DNA of 62,156 nucleotides, filler included, from Dugesia japonica (taxonomy: Eukaryota): the NCBI GenBank assembly GCA_001938525.1. It is 6 parts of 6 records of this genome, joined end to end, with 100 filler letters (N's around TTAATTAATTAA, not from the genome) between each part and the next. Parts side by side here need not be neighbours in the genome. Positions count along the whole stretch, not along the records: positions 10,980 to 26,036 come from MQRL01631562.1; 5 more parts are not named here. One strand, written 5' to 3'. A program made the translations under genes and the position numbers. The notes beneath the pieces were generated by a model. It saw nothing but the letters and a program-made list of their open reading frames with translations. It was not told the origin of the DNA and did not search any database. This document shows, piece after piece, positions 12,302 to 24,110 of this stretch (its first letter is position 1; each line of letters begins with the position of its first letter).

Positions 12302-13300
12302 TGTTGGGATGAAACACACCACTAAAAAGAAGGCAAAGTCGCCACAAATTATCATCATTACAAATGGAAAATACACAAAAATGGTTGAAATAAGAAGATA
12401 AATAGAATGGAGTCGGAAACCCATTAAGGAATGAATAAAGTAAAACTGGTTAACCAAAATCAGCATTCATCCACTTTAATCAATTAGAAGAAATTAAAAT
12501 TTATTATATAAAAAAGAAAAGAAAATATCCAATAAAATATTTAATTATAAGAAAATATCAATTAATTAAGAGGAAAAAATAAATGAAAATGAAACCCAAA
12601 TATGTTTTCTTCGAATAACTTGACTCCAAAAAGTCACCAGGACTCGTAAAAAGAAATTTTGAGTCGGGATTGGTATCGGGCAACAAAATTTCTTAGTCCG
12701 AAAACGTTGCGACCATCAAGAGGACCGTCACAAGGGTTAGAAGATTAAACCAATGAGAACCTGGAAAATAAATATATAACATAGAATAAAAGCTCACCTG
12801 ATTATCCAAAAATAACTACCAACGGAATCGCAGAAAAGTCTGCAAAATTCCAGAAAAGTAGCATCAACCCCAATGAAAACGTGTCATTTTAAACTAAAAA
12901 TAACTGGCCAATGCCAAACAAGTCGGGGTGTCTCGGGAGTCCTATAAAAGGACCCCTGTTTTAGCAACAAAAACACACGAAAACTTAACAAAATATTTTC
13001 ATCAACTATAACGAAAAATAACTTTATCAGCTTCAACAGGAATAATTTCATCAGCTACAACTACAAAAGAAATAATTCTTGTAGCTAATTAACGGAACTT
13101 TCATCAATTCGACAAGAAACATTTATTCTCACCGAAGTACCTTAAAAAACAATTTACAATTTAGTAGGTATTGGTTGATATTATTTCAAGGGCAAAAGAA
13201 AATCGCCACAAAAGTATCATTCAGCCTAGCAAAATAGCCACTGGAGAGAGCCTTTATTCGAAGAAATACTACAGTTAATATTGGCAATACCGTTTGACCT
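12302..13300 (+). promoter_or_regulatory. Left arm of inner inverted repeat; Pol II promoter-like
   Basis: Starts TGTTGGGATGAAAC. CCAAT at 12750, 12870 and 12908; TATAAAA at 12943-12949. An ATG-free ~200-nt stretch follows, then candidate donor AG|GTATTG at 13168. Confidence 0.5.
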
Positions 13301-14673
13301 GTTGCAGAAATTCCTAAATTTATTCTCAGAGAAAAGTAAAGTTTTATTTTGTTTGGAAAAAAAGTTTAAATATGAATACCTTAATAAATGTATAGATATT
13401 AAAATTTTTTAACTTATGATTTCATTACCAAATATCTTATATATAACCGAGAGTTTATTTGAATGATAATTTTTGTTATATGAAAATTTTTTAGACCCAA
13501 TAACTATTAAATTACCTAAAAAGAAAAGAATGAAGTCAAGTTCCGTTCCATTGTTTGTGAAAATAAATGGGGCATAATCAAAATATAATAACGCTAAGTC
13601 GTAAATCCACCATTATATTATCAGAATAGTATCAACTAGAAAAATGAACAATAATTTTTTGTTATTATGATGAAAAGAGAAACCACAGTTTTTAACAATT
13701 TATTTATAACAAAAAATGTTACCTCGGGTGAATCTGGGAAGCTCCATAATAAAATGTCTAAGAGTAACATATCCGCTAATATCCACTAGATCATGGAATT
13801 CCTTTTTATGTTTCTCCAAATTGGGACAGAAATAACTATATTATTTTCTAATCGATAGAATATTAATTGAGTTGGAAATAACTGCAGAATTGGCATTAGC
13901 GGTTACATCAAGAGATGGTACGTAGCTTCCGTGCGACGATCATATTTTCCATTTGATAATTATGAGTCATTATAATTCTCCTACACACCTATAACGAGGT
14001 GGTATTTGCACATACAAACTTGCCTAGATTCAATAATGACCAGTTTTCTAAGGAAACGGTCGCTATGCAACGATAACATATGTAAATTTAAAAGACCCAA
14101 ATTAATAAGATTTTTTCTATTTAATCGCGATACTTTATCCTTTTATTATTAATAGCAATTTCGGGAGTATCCATTATTACTACCGCTAGCAACACTATTA
14201 GTGCACATCAGTCTAGTAAACTTTTGACTCTTCTTTTATAACAAATCAGCACTCCCCTTTTATTATCAGGGATTGTAGCCCTATACCTAATATTATTCCC
14301 GGGATTAATGTCCAGAGTTAGGATGGTTATTGTTATCACTATGCTTTCCCGTATTGATAAAAAATAATTTTATTAGTAATATTAAAATAATTTTGCGGTT
14401 GTTTAATTATCATAGCGATATGTGTTTTTAATACTATTATTATTNNNNNNNNNNNNNNNNNNNNNNNNNNNNNNNNNNNNNNNNNNNNNNNNNNCGATAT
14501 GTGTTTTTAATACTATTATTATTGTTCAAATAGGTTTTTATGATAATATCCGCGTAATTATCTCTTATTCTTGGTTCTAGTCCTCATGTTGATACGGTCA
14601 GTCAGGAATAACCGTTTATGTTTGGAAACCACGTTCTGAATTAAATGTTGCGATTAATAATTTCCCTTTTTAG

Positions 14674-14828
14674 TTATGCAGACGAAATTATATCGTATCT
14701 TGCGATGGATAATAAGGCGGCGTCAAATTAGCCGGTACAAGCAACTGTTGGCTCACTTGCTGACAAAAGGGGAAATCGAACATCCGGATGAGACGGACCT
14801 TTGCTGTCTCGCCGAGATGTTTCTTTAA
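14674..14828 (+). CDS. Orphan cassette ORF A (50 aa from ATG 14676; MQTKLYRILRWIIRRRQ...)
   Basis: Polypyrimidine acceptor TTTCCCTTTTTAG ends at 14673. Locally GC-richer open frame. AATAAA at 14929. Confidence 0.35.
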
Positions 14829-14998
14829 AATAAGAAAGTAGACCTGGGCGAGGAATGACCTTCGGCTTCATTGAGATTCGTCTGACACTGAATACAAACC
14901 TTTATTTTTTATGTGTATTAGCTATTCAAATAAAATATTCATTATCTTTTGATGCTATGTTATGTGTGTTACTATTTATTTTCTTTTGTTGTTCTTAG

Positions 14999-15357
14999 AA
15001 ATGGAATCCATATCGGAAAGGGTCATAGATCGACGAAGCCGCCGAATAATTTTCCGACGGTACCACAACCCTCACAACCGTGACGCCGGGATTTTAGTTG
15101 ACAGGTCCAATCTGCCTCTGATAGAATCCATAATATCTCGTATAAGAGATTTTGGGGAACGACAACAATACCAGAACTGGACAGGCTCCGATCGCACTCT
15201 CACGACATCGTTCCAGTATCAGCCTTCCGCTCCAACTCCTGCGCCCGCCGTGCAAGCTTTTATCTCGAATCTTCTCTGGGGGGTCAGGAAACCCAGTGGA
15301 GTGACTGATATCGAAAATACAGTCCTTAATATTGACGATAATGTTGATCCTCATTAA
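14999..15357 (+). CDS. Orphan cassette ORF B (118 aa from ATG 15001; MESISERVIDRRSRR...)
   Basis: Acceptor TTCTTTTGTTGTTCTTAG ends at 14998. GC-richer intact ORF. AATAAA at 15379 with a downstream T/GT-rich tract. Confidence 0.55.
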
Positions 15358-15644
15358 TCTTTTTGGTCTTCTGATGTGAATAAATAAGCGTTTTACTTGC
15401 GTTAATTTTTGTCTTTATGTCGAGTCAAATAAACTTCGGCTGTAATAACAAAATGTTATAGAACTTTATAGACTTCATTAAAAAGTGAAATAATAATACC
15501 TCAAGGTAATGTGGTTAAACCGAGTTAATAATACCTACACCACTCACTGTTAATTTTAGCCATGGTAGACCAGGCTACCTAGTGTTTCCTTTAAATTAAA
15601 AACCTGTTAAGATTATACCAACCTTTACTATGTTTGTATTTCAG

Positions 15645-16003
15645 TGCACTCATCATTGAGTAGATCTCAGGCCCAAAATAAAAAGTTACGGGAAACCAGT
15701 GAATACATAGAACTCACATGGGATCTGTACCGACTCGCTAAAAGGCGGTGGGAGGCAGAAACTGTGGCAGCAGAAGCTAAGGTTAAACGTTATAAGCGTA
15801 AGTGCCTTTCTTTTAAATCCGAGGCAGAAGCTACTCGGAATCAAGAGCGAGTATGGAAACTACAGGTCGAAACGTTTACTGAAATTATCAAATCGTATCA
15901 AGAGCGTGAGAACCAGCTAATGGAAAATATTTTGAAGCTGAGGGCCGCTACCCCGTTAACTCCCCTCCTGATCGATAAAGGCACTCAGACGAACCGCTCC
16001 TGA
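15645..16003 (+). CDS. Orphan cassette ORF C, coiled-coil-like terminal exon
   Basis: Acceptor TGTTTGTATTTCAG ends at 15644. 119-codon charged helical ORF with no early ATG. AATAAA at 16035. Confidence 0.55.
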
Positions 16004-16127
16004 ACTGTGATTTTGCATTATTTCTTTTGTCTTTAATAAATTATTCATTTGCATAAAGTTTTCCTGTTACTTATTTTCTCCGAATTGTAAAATTGGTGTT
16101 CACTACTTAATTATAATTTTCTTTTAG

Positions 16128-16510
16128 TACCTCGAATTGTGCTCCCAACTTGCTTGAAAAGATGCCACCCTGTCCTACGTCGTTTATTACTAGAACGCCA
16201 CTTGAAACGCAAAACAGACCAGGCTCTTCTTAGGCATCTTGCCCAGCGGGACAAGCTCATAAAAAAGCTGGATCTGATAGTCCGAAAGCAAAACGACTTG
16301 GCCATCCAAACAAAGGCCCTAGAAGTAGAAACTAGGCAACTACTGCTAAGAAAAATAGACTTCTTAAAGCAGTATATCGCCGACTTATCCAGCCAGATAG
16401 GTAACTCAACTGAGATTCAATGGAGCGATGACGATGACATCGCGGCCTTCAATTTTCTGGCCACCGACCCAGACCAATGGTTGGACCCTAGTGTAATAAA
16501 TGAGTTGTAA
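16128..16510 (+). CDS. Orphan cassette ORF D, coiled-coil with acidic/aromatic tail, terminal exon
   Basis: Acceptor TTTTCTTTTAG ends at 16127. Intact frame with no Met. Tail WSDDDDIAAFNFLATDPDQWLDP. AATAAA at 16520. Confidence 0.55.
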
Positions 16511-17029
16511 ATGTGTGGCAATAAATGTTTCAAGTATCACTGACTTAAGTTTTGATATAAGATAAGGGAAAATAATGAACCCGAATAGAAAGGTTTATGG
16601 CGTGTACCTCCCATTAAGAGAGAGGTCAACCACCGTATGCTGAAAACCTGACCTAGGGACGTCAGGGTAAATTCTTGAAAGGGTTCCCCTGAGGGCTGTC
16701 TTTTCCCCAGCCACAATCTTTTTCACGCAACTAAGGTTGCGTGCCAAAATGTTAGTCGACTGTTTTCTCTAACTTTGGAAATTATGACATTCATTGGGGA
16801 ACAGTCATCATGAATTATTTTAACCAAGTGGAACTGGTATGATAAATATTTTGTTAATTCTTTTCTATACTATGTAAATAGTATGTTAATAGAGAAATAA
16901 TTGATAAGTTTTGTGTTAATTTGAATAATAATAAAATATAACATGAACAGTGTATTATGATACCATTTATTATACAATAATTAGAAATAAAAACGTGAAA
17001 TTTAGTTTATAAATAATTGCAAGGTTTTC

Positions 17030-17916
17030 TTTTCTCTGCAACGGGTAGTTAAATGTGATGTACTTGATTACGGTATAGAGCTGCTTCTAACGGAGTTCCA
17101 ATTTGTTTTCAAATCGAGCACTTTCTTTCTATAGTTCCCAAACGGATTCAATTAAATGATATTCTTTAAAAAAACAAATCGTGATCTTACAGATAGTGAA
17201 TAGATGTCTGAGTATTGATTTTCACAACATCTTCTTGATAATTTATATCCGTGATTCTACGACTAGTTTAATAAAACTGCTAAAATTTGGTTTTTTTGAG
17301 ATGATTTTCTCTAATTTTCTGGGGGTTTAAGTATCGTTTTTCACGACACCACGACTTGTTCGGCATAGGCCAGTTATTTTTATTTCCAGATTCTGCTACC
17401 TTATTGGTTCTGGTGCCAATTTTTTAACATTTTTTCATGTTTTTAGACATGTCATTGGTGCCTATTTTTAGAATGGCACATGACAATGATTCCTTTATTC
17501 TAATTTTATTTTTGGTCTAGTTTTTTGGACCTTATAGCAGACTTCTAGATGATAGTAAGGTTTTTTGATTATAAATTTTAGATGCTCTGCCCTTTATTCT
17601 TCTGAAATTCTCTTATCCCGGGCTCCTGTGATTTTCTGGAGCAAAGTTATTTGAAATAAACGAATTTTCGGCTTAATTTTAATTATTTTTTGTCTTCAAT
17701 TAATTAATATTTTTTCGCAATTAAATATTTTTTATTAATAATTTTCTTTCTTCTCGATATATTAATTTGTAATTTCTTTTAATTACTTATATGGAAGGAT
17801 GTGGATTTATATTATCTAAGTTCCTGGGTGCCGTCTGTTTCTTATTTTATGATAATTAATGCTTCATGACCCCCTTTGGTCTTATTTCTTTTCCAACTGA
17901 GAGTTTCACACCAACA
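17030..17916 (-). repeat. Right arm of inner inverted repeat (diverged inverted copy of 12302-13300)
   Basis: Reverse complement starts TGTTGGTGTGAAAC and contains AAAAATAACTGGCCTATGCCGAACAAGTCGTGGTGTC, matching 12896-12932. 17615-17760 matches 12515-12650. Confidence 0.7.
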
Positions 17917-18634
17917 GTTGTACTTCGAATAAAGTTTCTTTGAAGACTTAACTAATTAATTTTAAAAAATATTCAAATAAATAAATTAATTGATTTGAAA
18001 GACTAATAATAGGTGTAAGTTACTGATAAACTTTCTGAAAAGTCCATTAAATTCAATAAATTTTTATTTATAACACAAAATTTCAAATCTTCAAAAAACT
18101 ATATTTTTAAAAGCTGAATATTTAAACAAACATTTTAAATATTTTAGAAAATTCTTGAAATTTTTTATGATATTTTCTTCCAACTTTAAATTGCGATTTT
18201 CAATTTTTAATCCTTAAATATTTTAAAAAATTCTTGAAATATTTTATAACGTTTTCTTCAAACTTTAAATTGCAATTTTCAATTTTTAATCCTTAGTAAA
18301 TTTAATTGGTTAGATTTTTAAAGAATGAAAGAATAAAGTTATATTACAAGTTGATGATTAATTTGTTTATAAACACTTTAGCTTTACTTTGAGTTCGTTA
18401 ACTTCTGAGAAACGTTATTTTGCCATGCCTCTTTTTAATGCATTGCTGTAACTCTCCATCGTATTTATATTATCTGTTTATATTTTTAATGGATTTTACT
18501 ATATTAAGGTGAACAAATTATTGGATTATTCAGGTTATTAGTTGTAAAGTATAAATTCAGTGTGAATTATAGAGTTGACTATATTGAATAAGCGATGAAC
18601 AGATTAAACCATTAATTAAATAATCAATAGGTAA

Positions 18635-18750
18635 ATGATGATAGCGAGTATTCTATATGTTATTTCTTGGTGATAACGAGTATTGTATATGTTAATAGCT
18701 GTTGGTAGTAAGTATTGCATATGTTAAGAGCTGTTGATAGCGATTATTAT
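18635..18750. repeat. ~31-32-bp tandem repeat, about 4 copies
   Basis: Unit approximately GATAGCGAGTATTGTATATGTTAATAGCTGTT. Confidence 0.7.
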
Positions 18751-20943
18751 GTATTTAAATTTAATGAAATCAAATATTGTACTGTTTTTATGTTAAGATT
18801 TGATGAAAGTGAAAGTTGTGTTTGTCAATTTACAGTGATGATCAAAATTATTGTGTAATCTTTCATTGATTCAAAAAAAGTTCATGTAAATTTCAGATTA
18901 AATTACATGACTTCAAAAACATTAGATAATACTATATCGCTATTTCTTACTTTCTCATTCTTAGCCTCTCGCAGTTACCCTTCCTCACTTGATCCTTCTG
19001 AATCTTGTTTATTTATCTACCTTAAAACAAAGAAACATACTAAGAAAGAAGTGAAATCTAATTTAAATAAGAAATAATTGAATAAGTATTACGTTTTTGT
19101 TAAAATGTTGTTCTAAATAATAATAATAAATTATAATTTAGTGGGATCACTTTCAACAATTGGTTTATTGAATGTATCTGGTATAATAGTCTTATATTTA
19201 ATTATAAAAACCTATATTTTTCAGATTGACACCCATATTTTTATGATAAATTCCATATTTTCATGATAAATTCCATATTTTTTGCTAAAACCCATATTTT
19301 CAGGATATTACCCATATTTCACATTAAACCTATATTTTAATGTTGAGATCAGTATTTTTAATGATAAGATCTGTATTTTCTATGTTAAACTCTTATTTTC
19401 TAACAATGTATCTGAATATTGGGTATCAAAAGAAAAAAGATTCTCATTAAACGAAAAAGTGATCAGGGTTTCCAATGTGCAAGCAGAGAACCAAGGAGCA
19501 AGCAAAGAAACAGAAGGATAATCAGTCGATTAAAATATACTAAAATTATTATATTATTTGCAATAAGAAGCGTATCATATCAGCTTTTACTCACTATCAT
19601 TCAGTCTTAATGTATACTTTCATCTTTAAATGTTACTCTTTAAAGATTAAGATCCAATAGAAATTAAAGAAAAGTATAGATATTTAAGGTAAATGATGGA
19701 AAATAACTAAAAATATGACTAAATAGAGGTAAATTCTGGAAAATAAGCAGAAATGAGGTAAATAGGTTAAATATAGTTAAATGTTGAAAATGGTTAAAAA
19801 TATGGCAAAATGGTATAAAATAGATGAAAAGGGGCAAAAATAGACAAAAATAGAGTAATTAAGCATATTAAATGATTGTATGTATATAATAAATGTAGTA
19901 AATAATTAATGCATAAATTTACTCTAATAAATATTTTTCTATGTCAAACTCAAATTTTCTAATGGCAAAACTTGTATTTTATATCATAAGTCTTTCATTT
20001 AAAATGATAAGTCCATAGTTTTCCAATGATAAACCATTATTTTCTAATGTTAAAACTCATATTTTCAATAACGAAACCATGTAATAATGTAGAAGTTATA
20101 GTCAAAAGATTGATTGTTTACTAACAATTTAATTGATAATTAATTATTTAAAAGAAAAATAAACCCATAAAAACTAAGGTGCGTGCAAGTAACCAAGGAG
20201 CAAGCAAGGATGAAGGCAAAAAGTGAATGAATTTATTGTAAGAAATGCCTATTTGTCACAAGATAAACCTATTATTTTCATGTTGAAACCATATTGATCC
20301 TCAATTGTAATGAACTTAATCCTTTATCCAATTAATTAAACTTAGTCTCAATATTGATATTCAAAGCTTATTACATAAATGTAAATAAAATATGGAGAAA
20401 TAGAGTAAATGGGGGTAAAAAAGAGAGAAAATATAGGAAAATGGGGCAGAATATTGAGAAAAAATACACAGGAAAATTTTAAACACCAGTTAATTCTATT
20501 ACGCAAAATTTCACCGATGAAATTAATCTTATGACATAATTTGTGTGTAAAACATTTTCACAACTAAATACACAAGGAAAAAGTAACACCAAATTAAGTA
20601 ATATTACCTAATGATGCAATTTATGATGCAATTTTTAAATTCCCAACTAAATCCATTAGGATTAAATTTTGTTACGTCACGGGGGGTCTTTGCACACAGG
20701 TGGTGTTGACCGCTAATATCTATCTACTAACGAACAATAATAATCAAACATATAAACTAGTATCATATTGTTGCCTGAAATTCATATCACGTATGACGAA
20801 AACTTTTTCATAAAAACCAAGACCATGTGCTAAAATTCATTTTATTAAATAATACTATTTTAATAATGCATGTAATATTACAAGGGAATCATCCATCATA
20901 AATAATAAATAAATAATTGACAACCCTTTTTTAAAATATTTAT

Positions 20944-20984
20944 TTGCTATCAATTTCAACGAAATAATCGTCTTCGTCAGGCAA
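20944..20984 (-). ncRNA. Minimal type I hammerhead ribozyme motif in Penelope 3' pseudo-LTR
   Basis: Minus strand reads TTGC-CTGACGA-A-GACG(ATTATTT)CGTT-GAAA-TTGA-TA-GCAA. It has the core, stem II, a near-palindromic stem III, a UA cleavage site and stem I TTGC/GCAA, ~80 nt past the GIY-YIG stop. Confidence 0.65.
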
Positions 20985-21062
20985 TTAAACAATATTAAAA
21001 CAAACTTTTTACAAAGTTTAAATGATTATATAATTTCAATTGAGCAATATCAATAAAAAATT

Positions 21063-21660
21063 TCAATAAAATAATTTTAAGAGCGATGTTGAATCCGTCA
21101 ACTGAACATTAATTTTAGGGTTTAATGCTCTTATGAACAAAGCTTCGCACATCACTCTCTCCCAATAATTATTAAATTCACTGCACAGAATTTTAAAATC
21201 AGAACACCCTATTGATTTTGTACATTTTCTTCGATGCTCAACAATATTACTATTACCACTATTTCGACTTTGCTCATGAACTCTGCTGCAGAGATGACGG
21301 GAAGTCTCTTCGATGTATGTGGCGTTACACCCATTACATTTAAATGGATAGACCAGATCAGAGCACAAACCTTAAGGGGTTACAGATTTATTACTGAACA
21401 TATTTATAACCTTATGAGATTGAGAAACAACCTTTATATTTAAAATATTCTTAAGTGCATTTTCAACCGAAAGTTTGAATTTTTTAAAGCCTTCAGAATA
21501 AGGCAATGAAGTCTCTCTTTAGACTCGAATTCAAAATCTGTATTAGAGATTAGAAGGGTTCAAACACAACTCGCCATCATAGTATGATCCTTTATTAAAA
21601 CTTGTTTTCCCTATATCATTTAATATGAACTCTATTAATAATTATTCGACAGCATTTTAT
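21063..21660 (-). mobile_element. Penelope-like retroelement fragment (GIY-YIG endonuclease)
   Basis: LPYSEG... linker, then SDLVYPFKCNGCNATYIEETSRHLCSRVHEQ...EALFIRALNPKIN. In-frame stop upstream. Confidence 0.9.
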
Positions 21661-22619
21661 TAGGTTTTCTCTCTACTATTTAGTATCATTTCATTATATT
21701 TTTACTCTTTACCATGATGATTTGTCTTTATCATTTAGTTTATATTATATTATATTATAGTTTCTTTTTGTCACTTCACGATGATCTCTCGATATCATAT
21801 AACAATGTTGTATTATAGTTTCTCTTTATTGCTTCAACAATGTTTTATAATGGTGGATGATCTTGCTATTTATTCGATAATTAGGTTATTTAAAGCATCT
21901 CAGTTTAAAATATAACATAGAAAATTACTTTTTCCTTAAAATTGTTTTCGAGAGTTGATGTAACGAGTAAGATGCTTCTTAAGAATTTTAGCTATTAATC
22001 ACTAAGAACTCCAAAACAAGTTTTTTAAGAAATTTTTATGATTAAATAGACTTATTTTCTAGTTTTTTTGTACCTTTCTGTATCGTCAAATTTTGACAGA
22101 TACATGGTAGGCACCCAATTTAGTTTTTCTTAAATTATTGAATTGTGCGATGCCTACTCGCAGATTTGGTATATATCTCACAATTTAGATATGATTTATT
22201 TTTCAGTTGTTTTTTAGAGCAATCTGTGCTCTCCCTATGTTCATACCGTGATATGTTTTATCATTATATTTTCATTACTACATATAGTTTGTCTATTAGT
22301 TGTACACGGTGCTCACCCGCTCACACAGAATCTCGAAATGTGTTTGTTGCTCAGTCAATACATAATGTTAATGTAGTTGCCGTATGATTTTTCTAGAATT
22401 TTTTCTGAAATAACTTGTTTTGGTGTCGATGAAATCTGTGATTGATTGAAAATGATAATTTTTCAAAGTTTCTAGCCAATTATAAATAGGGATAATTACA
22501 TGATTCTTTGTAAGTAATTTAATATGAATATAAAAATATAACTTAAGTTTTTAATCTTTCATTTCATATAACTTTCTTTTCCGAATTCTAACTATTTCTA
22601 ACTCAACATTCCGTTGAGA

Positions 22620-24110
22620 AAATTTGATTGTAACGGCAACTCCGAAAATGTCGTAACTTTCAGGACCCGGTGCTTTGATAAACAAATCTGTACATCCATA
22701 ACATAGATTCTTTCCGTCCCCGTGCGAACACCCTGCGACCATCTTTATAGCTCCCGGAAATTATGGGGGTCGGTCTAATCTCTGCAAGAGATGAGTATTT
22801 TGTACAATCTCTTGTACAAGCTTTTAAAATGCTTGTATGCCTAGATGATATTGTACGAGATCTTGTCAATCATTGCTTGATTCATGCGGCTACTAAGCAC
22901 ATGAAAAGTTTAAATTAGTGTTCGACTGACAAAGCACTGAACTGGCTTTTTCTAGATACCACCAAATTAAATCTCAAAAGCTGGTGGTCCAAGGTTCATG
23001 ATGCAATAACATATCTAAATCGTGAGCTTAACCTGCAAGTAAAATTCAAGAGAAATGAACTGGGAATTTGCTTGCAGGTGATAGATTATATCGATGAAAG
23101 AAATTATTTGATTTCATTTAAAGATCGGAGATCCATGACTAAATTGCTTCATGGTCTATTTCATTTGAAACACACTAGAAAGTGGAATGCCTTTTTAAAA
23201 ACTGGTGCGTTTCCACTGCGATTGGTGCATCTTCATTTTCTAGTAAACCTTAGTATGATGGCTCATTAAAACCTGAGCATTGGCGGTTCATCTATAGGAC
23301 AAGAACAAACACTCTTCCTGTAGATAGCAATTACGGTATGTCCTTTAAATCCTCGAGAAAGTGTTCTTATCATTTAGAAATTCAAGCACACGTTTTTTTG
23401 TTACTGTGCACCCTCATCAGCGTTCCGTACAGGGCGCCACAATGATGTGCTTGAGTTTCTTGCTAGGTTTATTAGAACTACATCAACCTTCAATGCCATA
23501 GTCGATCGCACCTCTGACCTTGTTAATAGGACTGATCACGTTGACTTCGGCTTAAAAATGTTAGGAAGAAGCATATTTTCCTAATGGATGTGAAAATCCC
23601 TTACGACACATCCAGTAATCTAAAATTAGCCAGGGTCTCGAACATAAATAAATACACACCACTGAAAGAGGACATTCAGAAAAACCTTCTAAATTGGAAA
23701 GTTCTCCTTGAGACGATCTCAGTAGGATGTCTGAGATCATGGTGTGTTGAAAATGTGGCAGTGCTTAAACAGGTTTGGTTACGCGCTAATCTGATTAGAA
23801 AATTTTCACTTGTCTTGACCAGGAAATGCATAGCCTGATTGAGTGGGAATTGAAGTTTCCACAACAAACAGGCTGACACTTTTGATTATGAAAAGATCCA
23901 ATGTGAGTAGAGCCAGATGGACTGATGTGGAAGATTTCAATTAGGGTTTCCAAACTTTCCCTCCATTTTCTTGCACTTTCTTCTTATTTCTTCTTTTTTT
24001 GTTTTGTTTGATAGCTTTACGCTGGCCGAACCAAGACATGATTAAACTTGGGGAGGATTTTCTAGCTTGCAAGATGACTTTATTTATCGCGGCGTGTTAA
24101 ATACGAATAG
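22620..24110 (+). mobile_element. 5'-truncated, decayed non-LTR retrotransposon with restriction-like endonuclease (NeSL/Utopia/R5-like)
   Basis: GVGLISARDEYFVQSLVQAFKML, WRFIYRTRTNTLPV, RHNDVL, IFLMDVKIPYD..LKLAR..NKYTPL, ISVGCLRSW. Many stops and frameshifts; 3' end approximate. Confidence 0.8.

Larger units (their letters stand above)
11005..20728. mobile_element. Non-autonomous Maverick/Polinton-type element with ~255-bp TIRs and 6-bp TSD
   Basis: Left end AGTAGATAGATAGTAGCGGTCAACACCACCTG (11005) and right end CAGGTGGTGTTGACCGCTAATATCTATCTACT (20728). TIRs ~11005-11256 and ~20461-20728. AACGAA is duplicated at 10999-11004 and 20729-20734. AG..CT termini with simple terminal repeats and a 6-bp TSD are hallmarks of Mavericks. 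Confidence 0.8.
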
